This document shows positions 26,578 to 37,301 of a stretch of DNA of 64,000 bases, piece after piece; the stretch's first letter is position 1; the number at the start of each line of letters is the position of its first letter. Position numbers and translations under genes: made by a program. This DNA comes from a virus, in the IMG/VR virus record IMGVR_UViG_3300034140_000002, positions 15,558 through 79,557 of that record; one strand, 5' to 3'. The notes under the pieces were generated by a model, which ran no database searches, was not told the DNA's origin, and saw only the letters and a list, made by a program, of their open reading frames with translations.

Positions 26578-28079
26578 AACAATACTCCAAATGTAGACGT
26601 AGCCGCAAGCCAGTCTGTTACTTTATTAATAATCTGTCCCCTAACTCCTGCGCTCAACTGGAAGCGAGCGTGCTGTATTGTCTGAGGGTTTCCAAGTTGT
26701 TCTAGGATGAGGTGAGGAAGGCCGTCATAAACTACTACCCTGCGCTGCACACTCCAGAGATTAGTAAGGCGTGTCGCCTCAGCAAGCGCTGCTGATTGAG
26801 TAATCAGGAGGGTGTCAATAGGGGTCGGGTCTGAGAACAACTTATATTTAGTGGCTACGGCAGTAGCTGCATATGTCTCACTCAACCACTCTTGCCCAAA
26901 TAGCTCAATGTGATTGGCTGGGATACCTGTCTGCAAAGCTTCTTGCACACTCCAATTCTTACAGTAGTTAATCTTGGTAGATGCGAAAACGTCAGTCATT
27001 TCAGAAACACTAATACTCTTATCCTTCATGTCATCTGCGGTCACTGTTGTACCTGCGGACGCTTGAGGAAGATCAAGCTTGATGATTTTCATCTTACCTG
27101 CAATGGTCATAGCCACACGGGAGCCAATGCTAGACACAAGCCTATTGCAAACTTCCAGCACATTGGCCTTCTCTGTCAAGTAGATACCTAGAGGTTGTGT
27201 GTCAGCTGCTGCAAAAGTAGCTAAGCTTGTCAAATCTAGGTCACTATCTGTAAACCTCTGCCCAACCAATCCATAATCCTTTACAAGGCGCTTTACAAGC
27301 CCTACAGCGTCGTTGGAATAGGTGGTTGGCTTATCCCCTTGAGCAGAGCATGTAATCGTACCTACGGGCGCTTGGTTAAGCCTAAACTTCCCTGTGGTTT
27401 CGTAACGAGTAACAGCGCTCCATCCCATTATGTCATTCGCTAGAGGGACACCGTTGTCTCGTATTTCAATGAAGCCGTTGATAGGCCCATTGTGAATTTG
27501 GTACTCATGTACACTGAGGTCCACTAGTAGAGGTGCTACGTTATGGCACTCTCCGAATAGTAGAGGTAGCAGCTTATCCTTGTTCGGACCACTACCGCCT
27601 AGCTTAACTTCACTCACTGTTGTATTAAGGCGTTGAAGTTTATCGCTCAACACCAATGTAAATTTGTCTCGGGTATTGCAATCAGCCTTAGCTACAATAC
27701 CATCGAAGATTTGATAGAAATCTGTCCGAGGCCAACCGTAGTCACCAATGAACAGTTTGACACTTCTACCTTGCCATACATCATTTTGCCAGCTATCTAA
27801 AGCTCCGCTGAAGTTATCAAACTCCACAACTCCAACTGAAAGGGATGCCTCCCCGGTTAAGGAAAGGCTCTCTGTAAATTGCACACCAGCAGAAATAACT
27901 GGCAGATAGGAAGTGGATGCAGGGGTTTCTCCTGCCAAGGTGATATACCCTCTGTCTGATAAATACCTTGTAGTTTCACTGCCCAAGGCTGTATCAAACA
28001 CACTCACTTCCATCAAGATACGCCGTTTGGCTGTACCACTTTTAAGCCATGCAACCAACTGCGTATCTGTCACTGCCAT
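26574..28079 (-). CDS. Tail tip / hub-like protein
   Basis: Directly downstream of tape measure gene, 501 aa. Confidence 0.65.
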   Translation of the reverse strand: MAVTDTQLVAWLKSGTAKRRILMEVSVFDTALGSETTRYLSDRGYITLAGETPASTSYLPVISAGVQFTESLSLTGEASLSVGVVEFDNFSGALDSWQNDVWQGRSVKLFIGDYGWPRTDFYQIFDGIVAKADCNTRDKFTLVLSDKLQRLNTTVSEVKLGGSGPNKDKLLPLLFGECHNVAPLLVDLSVHEYQIHNGPINGFIEIRDNGVPLANDIMGWSAVTRYETTGKFRLNQAPVGTITCSAQGDKPTTYSNDAVGLVKRLVKDYGLVGQRFTDSDLDLTSLATFAAADTQPLGIYLTEKANVLEVCNRLVSSIGSRVAMTIAGKMKIIKLDLPQASAGTTVTADDMKDKSISVSEMTDVFASTKINYCKNWSVQEALQTGIPANHIELFGQEWLSETYAATAVATKYKLFSDPTPIDTLLITQSAALAEATRLTNLWSVQRRVVVYDGLPHLILEQLGNPQTIQHARFQLSAGVRGQIINKVTDWLAATSTFGVLL

Positions 28080-28099
28080 GTTATTCCTTTTAGTTTATT

Positions 28100-31000
28100 T
28101 TAGTTCAGGCCAATTATGGCCGTTTTGCGGTTGAGTTTACTCACAGACTCGTCAAAGCCCTCTATAGTGTTTTCAGCATTAGCTAACGAAGCCGTGAAGG
28201 TTGCACCTACAACTGCACTTGTACCCTCTTTAGACTCTGCACGAAGCGAATCAACACTAGCAACAACTCGCTCAACTGTGCCCACTAACGCAGCGATTGT
28301 GGAAGGTGCTACAGCGCCACTGGTTGGTGCCATCACTTGGATGTCATTAGCCGTTGGGATGTACGTAGTTTCCATTTGCTTGTTAGTAAGTCCTGCTGCA
28401 CTACCGAGAATGATTGCTTGCTTCAGTTCGAAGATAGCTTGTGTTACAGACATCACAGAATCGTTGAGGGTCAGTAGACCTTCTACTTGCTTATTAAGAG
28501 CATTCAAACTAGCGGTTGCTACATCCACTTGTGACGTTGCACTGCCAATCATTTGATCCAACATTGTTTGCACAAGATTGAAGTCAGATGTATAGCCTTC
28601 GCCGGAAGCGTTAATCACCTTAGATGCTGCCAGCAATGCACCAGAGGCTGTTGTCAGCTTGTCCTTCGCAGCTTGATCACCACCCTTAGCAGCCATAACA
28701 GTTGCATCGAATTGCTTACGAGCTTCTGCATACTTCTGCATATTGGTGAGAGGGCTGTCAGCACCGAGCTTGAGGCTGTCCTGATAATTCTTCAGCGTGG
28801 TTATGAATGCTTTAGTTTTATCAATCACACCTTGCAGAGCACCAGACTCTTTGTCATAAGCCTTCTGGAGATTGTCCTTAGCCTTGTTCACAGCATCCAA
28901 CGCTTTCTGCTGCGCGTTGCTGAGTTTAACCACTCCGTTAGCCAAGTCTGCTGCATAATCAGCCGCCTCCTTGAAAGCAGGAGCTAATTCCAACATAGCT
29001 GCATACAATTGCTGATCAGCTTTATTCGTCAGATCGAGAGCACGAATCTTCTTGTTGAACAGTTCTATGGTTTTCACTTCGCCAATGTTTAATTCTGCGA
29101 GACGCTTATTAACTGAGTTGGTAATTGGCCCCATGCGTTCCATCTCCGAGAGGAAATTGTCAACATAGAATTTCGTACCTTCTGTCAGTTTATCTAAGCC
29201 GCCTGCTGCTGCAATCAAACCTTCGCTAACTGTGATAGTTGCAACACCTGTCAAATCAAAACTCTTGCCAAGAACGGCAAATACATCCTTAACTTGGATG
29301 AGGCTGTTTGCAACACGCATGACAGTTTCCAGATAACCTTCACCAATCTTTTGGAATTGGCTTAAGCCTACTATGGAGAACTTAGCCATGTCGTCACCAA
29401 CCTTGCTAAACACTGCTTCCAGTTCTTTTTGAACTGCATCCCCAGACAGCCCTTTCAAGCTGATTCTACCTATGTCAACTACAAAGCTGGAGAGTCGCTT
29501 GTTAAACTCACTACCACCCAGTCCAAGATTCTTGCTGGCTGCTTTAATACTTTCAGCCATACTCTCAATAATCTTAGTGAATTGGACATTCGTTTCACCA
29601 CCAAGCGCGCTGGTTTGAGTGCTTGTCTTATCACTACGGAACCAACCCCCATCTTTCTTTACATCAGCATACTGATTAGCCCTCAAGCCACCGTTCAGAA
29701 CAGATTGCAAAGAGGCGCTGTTAGCCATGATACCGCTATCAGTTGTGGTACGATTGCCACCGAAGACACTGTTGTTAAGTTTCCCGCCAAGCGTTGTTGC
29801 AATCTTGTCGGCAGGCCCAGAAGTTATCCCAGTGTTACGACCCACTACAACTGCGGCTAGTCCAGAGATGTTCTCAGATACAATTTTCAGGTAGTTAACC
29901 ATCGAGCTACCTTGAGCTAATCCTAAGCCAGAGTTCTTGGAAAGGATTTCAATACTGTTTGCAATGGAATTACTCTTCTCATCGCTACCCAATACAGAGC
30001 CTGTCCCTTGAGATTTCTGACGGCTTGCAGCATTCTCACCACCACCTCCGCTGCCACCAAACGCTGCTACGCCAATTGCTGCAATAGCGGCTGCGCCTGC
30101 TGCCATACCCCACGGACCCATTTGCGCCATAAACTCCATCAGCACAGTAGGAACTTTGAAAGCTTGCTTACCAGCTTCTGTGGTGCCTGTCATAATCAAA
30201 GACTTAATCATGCCAGCTATTTCAATAGCACGAAAAGCCTTCTCAGCACCCTCTAAGATTTTGTAGCCAGTCGTACCTTCTTTGAAGAAATTCTTAGCTG
30301 CGCCTGCTGCATCGCCATAAGCTTTAACACGAGCGCTACCAGATTTATTTTCAAGGTTGTTGTAGTTCTGGGCAATCTTAAACAAGTCTGCTGCTGCCTT
30401 ACCACCCTTACCGAAAGCATTCTCAAGAGAGGCTGAAATCGACTCACCAACACCTCCCCACATTTTCTTCTGTGTTTCAGCTAGGTTGGTCATACGAGCT
30501 TGAGCTTCTTCGATATCCTTTGGGTTGGTGAGCTTGGACATAGCTTCACGCAGGATAGGCAAGTCAGCTAGATATTTAGCAGAGGCTGCCTGAGCGGCTT
30601 CCCACATACCAGCCAAGCCTTGACCTTCAGAACCAGTTTGAATGCCCTTCATGGCGTTCTTAGTGGCATCCGCTAGGAGATTGAAAGATGCCTCAGCTTC
30701 CTTGTTAGCTGCTACTTTGATGCCTGCTGCTTTGGCCTCTTCGTTAGCAAATACCAACATCATAATATTGAAACGCTCAGCCTCGTCAGTTGTACGGTTG
30801 TATGAGTCAATAAGTTGATTACTACGCAGTTCATGCTTGCGAGCTTCATCAGCCTTAAACGCTTCTACAAACTGCCCGTTAGCTAAGTAAGCCTCGGCCT
30901 GAGCTTTGTATGTCTCTATTAAGATGCGGGAATTAAACTCTGCGCGTTTGTTGGTTGCGTCTTGCTTAGCGTCTTTACTTGCTTCGATGGCTGCAAGTAC

Positions 31001-33469
31001 TGCGGCTTGCTCTTGGGCTATAGCACTCTCTTGATTTGCATATTTGCGGAGGATATTGATCTTTTCAATAGATGCCAAACCCGTAACTGCTTGGCGCTCA
31101 AGCTCTGCATCACGGATTCGCTCGATCATTGCAAGCTCACCTATATTGCCTTGTTTGAAAGCACTTTGAGCGTCTTCTTTAGCTTGATTAGCAGCCTTTT
31201 TGGCAGCTTCAACCTGTGCTTGAACACGGGATAATTCCTTGTTCATTGCATCGTTAATAGCCGCCTTCTTAGCTACTTCTGCAATCGTGTCAGTGCCACC
31301 GGGCATGCGGCCTGCTTCTTTAGCTTTGGCATCAGAGATAATTGCCAATTCCTTATTAAGCTCCACACTTCTTGCCAACGACTTCGCTGTGGCTTCCTCT
31401 TTTGTTTTGACTTCATCCTTAACACGAGCTAGGTTTTTAGCCAGAACAGTCAGTTCCTTAAGTGCGGTTATCTGCTGGCCGTCATACTTGTCAATATCGT
31501 TGTCGCCAGCATTCCAGCGATTGATACCTGCTAATTGATTAGGAGTAAATTGAGCCATTTTCTTATTCACGGCTGTTTCGGCATCGCCAATAGCGGAAGC
31601 CCCCTGCTCTTTCACTTTCTGCATTTGCAGATTTTGTAGCGCAGTGGTGTAGGCTTCCGTAGCAGTGGCCCCCTGACGCATTAGCTTGATTTGCTCCTCT
31701 AACTGCTTATTACCATCGTCTAACTTCTCTTTGAAGTCATCCATGTAATTGAGAGCAGCTTGTTGTTTAGGTCCGAAAGCTTCTTCTTTCTTAGTCGCCC
31801 ACCAAACAAGTAGCGCTGCGCCTGCTGCTAGTGCTAAACCAATTAGACCTAACGAAGCCTGAAAGGCAATTGCAGAAATACGAGCAAGGTCCATAGCGGT
31901 TTTCAGAACTACGAATGCTTGCGCAAGACCTGTCAACAAACCTAGTACCATAGCCGCAGCTTTGAATGCTAAGAACGCCCTTACAACTTGCCACACTGCA
32001 TCAGCATTATTGACCAAGAATACTGCGAAGTTTGCTACAGCCATTGCAGCACGTTGCACACCAGAAATAAACTCAGGGGAATTGAACGCTGCCTTCAGGC
32101 TACGTGCTACCAGTGATAATTGTGGTTGTATGTCCTGAAATGCCTTGATCAAGCTAGTTTCCAGAGTGTTCTTAACAGATTTAAACTGTGAGTCAACTGT
32201 CAACGCCATAGCTGCTGCACCTTGGGCCATGAAACCATAGCTCTCGTTGATGGCGGTGTTCATCTGCTCCAGTTTATTCTTAAAGCCAGTAGAACCATCT
32301 TCCGATTCCTTCAGCTTTTGCCGGTACAAAGATAAAATCTCTACTAAAGACTTCATACCACGTTCGTTAGCCATACGTGCTAGTAATGTCTTTTGTTCGG
32401 CTGCTGTGTACTTACTAAGTGCGCCGTCCAAGGTGCTGAACAACTCCAGCATAGGTTTGAAATTACCTTCTACATCTTTAAGATTCTGTGGCTTCAGCCC
32501 AATCAGATTGAGCGTGTTCTTAAGCTTGTCACTATCAGCAGCAAGCTCTTTGTACATATTCTTGAGGGAAGTACCAGCAGCGCTACCACGAATACCTAAG
32601 TTGGACAAGGCAGCAAAAGCTGTACCAATATCCACAATACTTGCTCCGTATAGCTTACCAACCACTGAACCTGATTTGAATGCTTCAGACAGCGATTCTA
32701 CAGAGGACATAGAAACAGCAGCAGTTTTAGCAATGACGTCACCAATACGGCTATAGCCCTCTGCGGTGTATCCTAAAGCAGTACCTACTTGCACCAAAGT
32801 GAATGCAGCTTTCTCAACTGTTGTGCCACCGATCAGAGCGAGGTTAAGAGCATCCTTCATTGCAACCATAGCCTGCTGTGCATTCAAGCCAGCCATAACC
32901 AGAGTGTCAAATGCCTTCGCAACCTCTTGCGGACCGTAGATACCTGAGCCAAGGTCTAAAATAGCCTCACGCATCTTGTTGATGGAATCTACCGACTCCA
33001 TACCCTTGACACGGATACCTTCAAGTGTGTGTTCAATGTCTTTGCCGAGAGTGAAGATAGCCTTCATACCAGCACCTACTGCAAGGCCAGCCATCATCCC
33101 TGCTAAGTTACCGTAAGTGAGCCACAAAGCTCCCATAGAACCTGAAAGGCCCCGAGCTAAGCTGTGAGCTTCACGCATACCTTCGTTGTGGCGGCGTTGT
33201 GAAGTATCAGCCTGAGTGGTACGCTGATTAAGAGTACCAAGGGTATTGTTAAGCGCATTTAAAGCTGCTGTAAGGGCTGCTGTGGAACCTGTGGTAGCAT
33301 TCACTGTGGCAGACATCCCGTTAAGCTTTTTCATAGCTTCTGCTAGGGCCAACACCCTCTTCTCTGCGTTACCAGCAGTCGTGGACAAGCCTCCAAGTTG
33401 ACTGGATGCCTCTTTAATACCAATACTTTCTACTCTAATGCTTAGCGCAGTGACATCTACAGCAGCCAT
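28100..33469 (-). CDS. Tail tape measure protein
   Basis: 1789 aa, Ala/Gly-rich helical, TP901-type core (GIRGSAAGTSLKNM), follows chaperone genes. Confidence 0.95.
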   Translation of the reverse strand: MAAVDVTALSIRVESIGIKEASSQLGGLSTTAGNAEKRVLALAEAMKKLNGMSATVNATTGSTAALTAALNALNNTLGTLNQRTTQADTSQRRHNEGMREAHSLARGLSGSMGALWLTYGNLAGMMAGLAVGAGMKAIFTLGKDIEHTLEGIRVKGMESVDSINKMREAILDLGSGIYGPQEVAKAFDTLVMAGLNAQQAMVAMKDALNLALIGGTTVEKAAFTLVQVGTALGYTAEGYSRIGDVIAKTAAVSMSSVESLSEAFKSGSVVGKLYGASIVDIGTAFAALSNLGIRGSAAGTSLKNMYKELAADSDKLKNTLNLIGLKPQNLKDVEGNFKPMLELFSTLDGALSKYTAAEQKTLLARMANERGMKSLVEILSLYRQKLKESEDGSTGFKNKLEQMNTAINESYGFMAQGAAAMALTVDSQFKSVKNTLETSLIKAFQDIQPQLSLVARSLKAAFNSPEFISGVQRAAMAVANFAVFLVNNADAVWQVVRAFLAFKAAAMVLGLLTGLAQAFVVLKTAMDLARISAIAFQASLGLIGLALAAGAALLVWWATKKEEAFGPKQQAALNYMDDFKEKLDDGNKQLEEQIKLMRQGATATEAYTTALQNLQMQKVKEQGASAIGDAETAVNKKMAQFTPNQLAGINRWNAGDNDIDKYDGQQITALKELTVLAKNLARVKDEVKTKEEATAKSLARSVELNKELAIISDAKAKEAGRMPGGTDTIAEVAKKAAINDAMNKELSRVQAQVEAAKKAANQAKEDAQSAFKQGNIGELAMIERIRDAELERQAVTGLASIEKINILRKYANQESAIAQEQAAVLAAIEASKDAKQDATNKRAEFNSRILIETYKAQAEAYLANGQFVEAFKADEARKHELRSNQLIDSYNRTTDEAERFNIMMLVFANEEAKAAGIKVAANKEAEASFNLLADATKNAMKGIQTGSEGQGLAGMWEAAQAASAKYLADLPILREAMSKLTNPKDIEEAQARMTNLAETQKKMWGGVGESISASLENAFGKGGKAAADLFKIAQNYNNLENKSGSARVKAYGDAAGAAKNFFKEGTTGYKILEGAEKAFRAIEIAGMIKSLIMTGTTEAGKQAFKVPTVLMEFMAQMGPWGMAAGAAAIAAIGVAAFGGSGGGGENAASRQKSQGTGSVLGSDEKSNSIANSIEILSKNSGLGLAQGSSMVNYLKIVSENISGLAAVVVGRNTGITSGPADKIATTLGGKLNNSVFGGNRTTTDSGIMANSASLQSVLNGGLRANQYADVKKDGGWFRSDKTSTQTSALGGETNVQFTKIIESMAESIKAASKNLGLGGSEFNKRLSSFVVDIGRISLKGLSGDAVQKELEAVFSKVGDDMAKFSIVGLSQFQKIGEGYLETVMRVANSLIQVKDVFAVLGKSFDLTGVATITVSEGLIAAAGGLDKLTEGTKFYVDNFLSEMERMGPITNSVNKRLAELNIGEVKTIELFNKKIRALDLTNKADQQLYAAMLELAPAFKEAADYAADLANGVVKLSNAQQKALDAVNKAKDNLQKAYDKESGALQGVIDKTKAFITTLKNYQDSLKLGADSPLTNMQKYAEARKQFDATVMAAKGGDQAAKDKLTTASGALLAASKVINASGEGYTSDFNLVQTMLDQMIGSATSQVDVATASLNALNKQVEGLLTLNDSVMSVTQAIFELKQAIILGSAAGLTNKQMETTYIPTANDIQVMAPTSGAVAPSTIAALVGTVERVVASVDSLRAESKEGTSAVVGATFTASLANAENTIEGFDESVSKLNRKTAIIGLN

Positions 33470-33480
33470 AGGATTTCCTT

Positions 33481-34023
33481 TTATTTGTTGTGGACAACCT
33501 CCACTGATGTATCATGTTCTCTATTACCAAACTGTGCTATCATAGCGTCCCTAATTGCGTCAGCATTTTGTACAGCCTGTTCTTCTGGAATGTCTTCCAC
33601 GAATATCTTAATAGGGCATTCCCGATTAGGATCATTAGCTGCTGCATACTCTGAAGAATACTCGCAACTCAATCTGTAAATCATTTCAATCTCTTGGTCT
33701 AGTAATGTGCTTTGCTCAACTACTAGAGGTGTAAATATCGTACTTCCGTCTAATGCTTTGTTTGGGTGCTCCACCCACTCTACATAAGACTCTTTATAAA
33801 ATCTATTTGCCCAAGAAGTAATCTGAGGCCATGACAGAGGTATAAGGCCACCAGCACCTTGCCCAACAGTGCCTGCCTGATGCCACATATCTACTAACCA
33901 CTCTTCATACGAAGAAAGGGGAGCCATGTCTAAGTATGGACTCCCCTTCGTATAATTATCTCTGCGTGATTTTTCAGCATCTTTAGGAGTGGCATTGAGC
34001 CAAGCTTGGTGCCTAACATACAC
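33481..34023 (-). CDS. Tail assembly chaperone, T-like portion (reached by -1 frameshift)
   Basis: In the -1 frame of upstream gene and open back to slippery site. Confidence 0.8.
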   Translation of the reverse strand: MYVRHQAWLNATPKDAEKSRRDNYTKGSPYLDMAPLSSYEEWLVDMWHQAGTVGQGAGGLIPLSWPQITSWANRFYKESYVEWVEHPNKALDGSTIFTPLVVEQSTLLDQEIEMIYRLSCEYSSEYAAANDPNRECPIKIFVEDIPEEQAVQNADAIRDAMIAQFGNREHDTSVEVVHNK

Positions 34024-34037
34024 GCAGAGATTAGTGA

Positions 34038-34469
34038 TTACTTCTTGACGAAGTTTCCCAGCTTGTTCATGAACTCAGTAACTTGGTCACCAATCCATGC
34101 CAGATTGTGAGTAGCATAAAGCTTCTTGAAATCTTCTTTCGATTGCGGCTGAATCTTAACTTCGTCTTTCCCTTCGCCAACTGCAAATTCCAGATTGGCC
34201 GAGCTAACGCTCACTGCTGCCAAGAACTCTGCATTCTCATCCATCATTTCATCGAGAGACTTAGACTTCTTGTTATTCTTTTGTGCTTCTTGTTTGCGGA
34301 GTTGTGCAGCCATGTAGTTGCGGTATTGCTTCGAACTACGACCGTACAGGGTGATCGTTACAGCTTCCTTTTCGTCTTCATCTGCGTACAGATAAGCGCC
34401 GGATTCTGGATCGGTGATATGCATGTCAACTACATCGACGAGGGCACGAGTGGAGAGATTAAATGCCAT
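34038..34469 (-). CDS. Tail assembly chaperone, G-like
   Basis: Position upstream of TMP, ends ..LGNF.. over GGGAAAC. Confidence 0.85.
   Translation of the reverse strand: MAFNLSTRALVDVVDMHITDPESGAYLYADEDEKEAVTITLYGRSSKQYRNYMAAQLRKQEAQKNNKKSKSLDEMMDENAEFLAAVSVSSANLEFAVGEGKDEVKIQPQSKEDFKKLYATHNLAWIGDQVTEFMNKLGNFVKK
34053..34059 (-). promoter_or_regulatory. Programmed -1 ribosomal frameshift site G GGA AAC
   Basis: Read CTG-GGA-AAC in frame; -1 frame continues LRQEVITNLCV directly into YVRHQAW of next ORF without a stop. Confidence 0.85.
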
Positions 34470-34490
34470 AATATTTGTTCCTTTGGTAGA

Positions 34491-35453
34491 TTAAATTTGA
34501 GCGGCTTGTGCCACTTCTGGGGTTGCTAGGGGTTTCTCTGTTGCCAGAGGTGTTACGAATGATAGTAGTGCTGGTAAGTCAACGTTGAGGAAACATTCTG
34601 TACTTCCGTTATAAATTGCATCAACCTGCTTGTAATTCTGCTTGAGGTAGGTATGGCAGGCTTGTTCTAAGTTCCACACAAGTTGTCCATCATCGAAGTA
34701 GAAAGCAGCAATGATGTCCAGTTTAGGGCCACCTGTGCGTATAACTTCTTTGACACGTATCTCAGGCTTACGGTTAGTGATTCCAACTTTGGTAGTGTTG
34801 TTATCAGAGAGGATATATAAGTAACCTGCCTTGTTTTTACGAAAGCCGGTCTCAGCACACTTAGGACAACCTTGTCCTTGTAGGAAGTTGCTAGGTATGG
34901 CTGAGAAATCCCCATGATGCTTACAGTGAATAGTTACTTTAACTTTGTCACCTTGATACACAGTATCTGGAAAGGTATAGTTATCGTTACTAAGCGACTC
35001 GCACTCGTTAATGAATTCCTCTTGCGTTTTGGTCTGTTTTAGGTTTCTTACAAGTTGTGCGCATTTAGGACACTGCTTACCTTTCATCCTATTAGTTGGG
35101 GACATAGAGAACACCCCATGATCTTCGACATTGCAGATAATGTCGACCTTAGTATCTTTATTCTTATATTTGACTAGGCTATGATCGTAGTGTGGCTTAG
35201 TGGCAAGGCTACGATTTATGAATTCTTGTGTTGTCAGACGTTGCGTATCCGCAGCATTTTCCTTTCCACAAGTCGGGCATCCGTTTCCTCCGCTATGAGA
35301 ATTTGGGGACTGCCAAAAGAAGGTTCCATGTTTTACACAACCTATTTCTACTTTATTTTTAGAGTCTAGGTAGACAAGTTTGGAATAATCATGTTTAATT
35401 TTGTGCTGCTCTGGCACAGTTGCCAGCCATGTTTCTGTGTTAAGTCTTTTCAT
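34491..35453 (-). CDS. Free-standing homing endonuclease (Cys/His zinc repeats + GIY-YIG/T5orf172-like domain)
   Basis: Three YDY....Y....KV.I.C..HG.F...P..H..G.GCP.C repeats; YLYIL...KVGITNR.P..R. Confidence 0.85.
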   Translation of the reverse strand: MKRLNTETWLATVPEQHKIKHDYSKLVYLDSKNKVEIGCVKHGTFFWQSPNSHSGGNGCPTCGKENAADTQRLTTQEFINRSLATKPHYDHSLVKYKNKDTKVDIICNVEDHGVFSMSPTNRMKGKQCPKCAQLVRNLKQTKTQEEFINECESLSNDNYTFPDTVYQGDKVKVTIHCKHHGDFSAIPSNFLQGQGCPKCAETGFRKNKAGYLYILSDNNTTKVGITNRKPEIRVKEVIRTGGPKLDIIAAFYFDDGQLVWNLEQACHTYLKQNYKQVDAIYNGSTECFLNVDLPALLSFVTPLATEKPLATPEVAQAAQI

Positions 35454-35518
35454 GTGTACCTTCGTGGCACACTAGATGGGTGGTGGGTAAAAGCCCACAC
35501 ACCCGTAGTGCTATTTAA

Positions 35519-35962
35519 TTATACGACTACCAAATCACCCGAAAGGGCGGCGTTAGCTTCCATACCTGTAATCTGCGATTGTCCGCCAACAGTTACTTTG
35601 AAACCTGTGATCAGCGCTTGGGAATAAAAAATAGTGCCATTTTGCAGAACCATTTTAATGCAGTAAGTATTAGGGGATACGTCCGCAGCTTTCAAAAGGA
35701 TTTGACCCGGATCAGTTGGTGCATAAGCGCCCTTAAGCGATAATGATCCTGGGTCACGACTACCTTTCAGTTTATACGTAGTATTCTCAGCGACAGGGTT
35801 ATGATTGATAATCGAAGTGTCACCGCCGATAACACCAATGTCGGTAAGGTCTTTTACCAAAGTGTAAGTAAGGGCAGCAAAACCTGCTGCATTAAATGTA
35901 GCTGGAACACCAGCCGAGATAGATAGGGTAGAACCAACAGACGAGAAGGCCAATGTAGGCAT
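35519..35962 (-). CDS. Major tail (tube) protein
   Basis: 147 aa, YKLKGSRDPG.L.L, GQ.LL pattern of lambda-like TTPs; position. Confidence 0.8.
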   Translation of the reverse strand: MPTLAFSSVGSTLSISAGVPATFNAAGFAALTYTLVKDLTDIGVIGGDTSIINHNPVAENTTYKLKGSRDPGSLSLKGAYAPTDPGQILLKAADVSPNTYCIKMVLQNGTIFYSQALITGFKVTVGGQSQITGMEANAALSGDLVVV

Positions 35963-35980
35963 TTTATATTTCCTTTAAGA

Positions 35981-36343
35981 TTAGTAAGGTGTTACGATTG
36001 CGGCACGAACTACTGCACCAGTTGCTGCGGTGATTGCTACGGTGCCGTTCAGGTAAGCCTTAGCTTTATCCAGAGCTACCATTGCGAAACTATTAGCTGC
36101 TACAGTTACTGCCAAACCAGAGGCTACCGAGAGGGTGGCACCAGCCGTATCAGGAACTGTAATAGTAGTGCCAGCAGAGCCGTCAATAGTGACTACCACT
36201 GGGGAAGCCGACGTATTGCAAAGAATAAGTTCTTGGCCTTGATCTGCTGTGTAAACAAGAGTGTCTCCCGATACTGCCAACAAGATACTGGCAGGGGTTA
36301 CAGGGGCCAAAGCATTTTTAGATGTTACTGCTACAACTGCCAT
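35981..36343 (-). CDS. Virion structural protein (small beta-rich)
   Basis: Ala/Val/Thr rich, AAGGA SD, upstream of tail tube. Confidence 0.6.
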   Translation of the reverse strand: MAVVAVTSKNALAPVTPASILLAVSGDTLVYTADQGQELILCNTSASPVVVTIDGSAGTTITVPDTAGATLSVASGLAVTVAANSFAMVALDKAKAYLNGTVAITAATGAVVRAAIVTPY

Positions 36344-36354
36344 GTTATTTCCTT

Positions 36355-36768
36355 TTAATTAGATTCATCCATACGGTATGGAATAATGATGGGAATGATT
36401 CGCCAGCCCGAATCAAGCATCGCGCTCTTAGCGCTAGCAGGGGCTTCAACGGATACGGGTAAGAGTGTCTTAGGGAACACAGGAAACAACTGTGCAATTT
36501 CTTCTGCAATGGCTTCACCCTGCCCAGCGCCCTTACTATCTTCACACCACACGTTCACTTGAAAGTCACCATAAAAACGTCTCTTAGAGCCGTCTAGGGT
36601 AGCTACAATAGTGTTTGCAGGAGTGAAGAATGCCTCTAAGAAGGGTGCGTTATCAAGAGGCTTAGAAAAGGACTCACCTTCACGGGAAATCTTAAGGGGT
36701 GGGGAGTAGCTGGAAGCGAAGGCTGCGAGGGCTGTCATAAACTTTGCACGAATAATCGTTTGGGACAT
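36355..36768 (-). CDS. Tail terminator-like protein
   Basis: G.FQV.V....G.G..E.IAEEIA.LF pattern; position. Confidence 0.75.
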   Translation of the reverse strand: MSQTIIRAKFMTALAAFASSYSPPLKISREGESFSKPLDNAPFLEAFFTPANTIVATLDGSKRRFYGDFQVNVWCEDSKGAGQGEAIAEEIAQLFPVFPKTLLPVSVEAPASAKSAMLDSGWRIIPIIIPYRMDESN

Positions 36769-37214
36769 TAGATATATTTTCCTTTCAGATTATTAATAGC
36801 TTTGCCAGTGAACCCGTAAGCCTTAACTTTTCCACTCCACTTCCATCCGTTTGTACTTTCTTCAGCAGGCCAGCCAAGCTTGTCTGCACGATAACTATAC
36901 CCCATTGCGTTCGTAAGGTAGATTGTGTTATCCTTAGTGTAAAATAGGGACAAGTGCTGCACACCCCGGATACGCATCAAACTTTCGCTGCCTGTGAGGT
37001 CGGGGCCGTTAGGGACGGGAACAACAACTTGTCCAATAGAGACATGCCAGTTATTAGCAATGTCCCCGTTGGAGAAGCCGCCGTAGTTGATGTTTTTATA
37101 GCCTGTCAGTGTAACTAGCTCTGTGCCAAGGTATTCAAAAGCTTTGCACACACTAGTATTCATGCCTAAATTAGCCTTGTGTTCAAAGGCCCTAATCTGA
37201 GCTTCAAAATTCAT
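36768..37214 (-). CDS. Tail completion protein (HK97 gp10-like)
   Basis: Position; G...NNWHVSIG, IYLTN...Y...LE/G motif. Confidence 0.65.
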   Translation of the reverse strand: MNFEAQIRAFEHKANLGMNTSVCKAFEYLGTELVTLTGYKNINYGGFSNGDIANNWHVSIGQVVVPVPNGPDLTGSESLMRIRGVQHLSLFYTKDNTIYLTNAMGYSYRADKLGWPAEESTNGWKWSGKVKAYGFTGKAINNLKGKYI

Positions 37215-37239
37215 AGGTATGCTTTCTCAATTAAAATCC

Positions 37240-37268
37240 ATTATAGCACATAAGTGCGTAAAAGTCAA
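37240..37268 (-). promoter_or_regulatory. sigma70-type promoter for tail genes with palindrome in spacer
   Basis: Minus strand TTGACT-TTTACGCACTTATGTGC-TATAAT. Confidence 0.8.
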
Positions 37269-37301
37269 GTGTTTCCAGCCTTACGCTGGATGATGTTTAG
37301 C

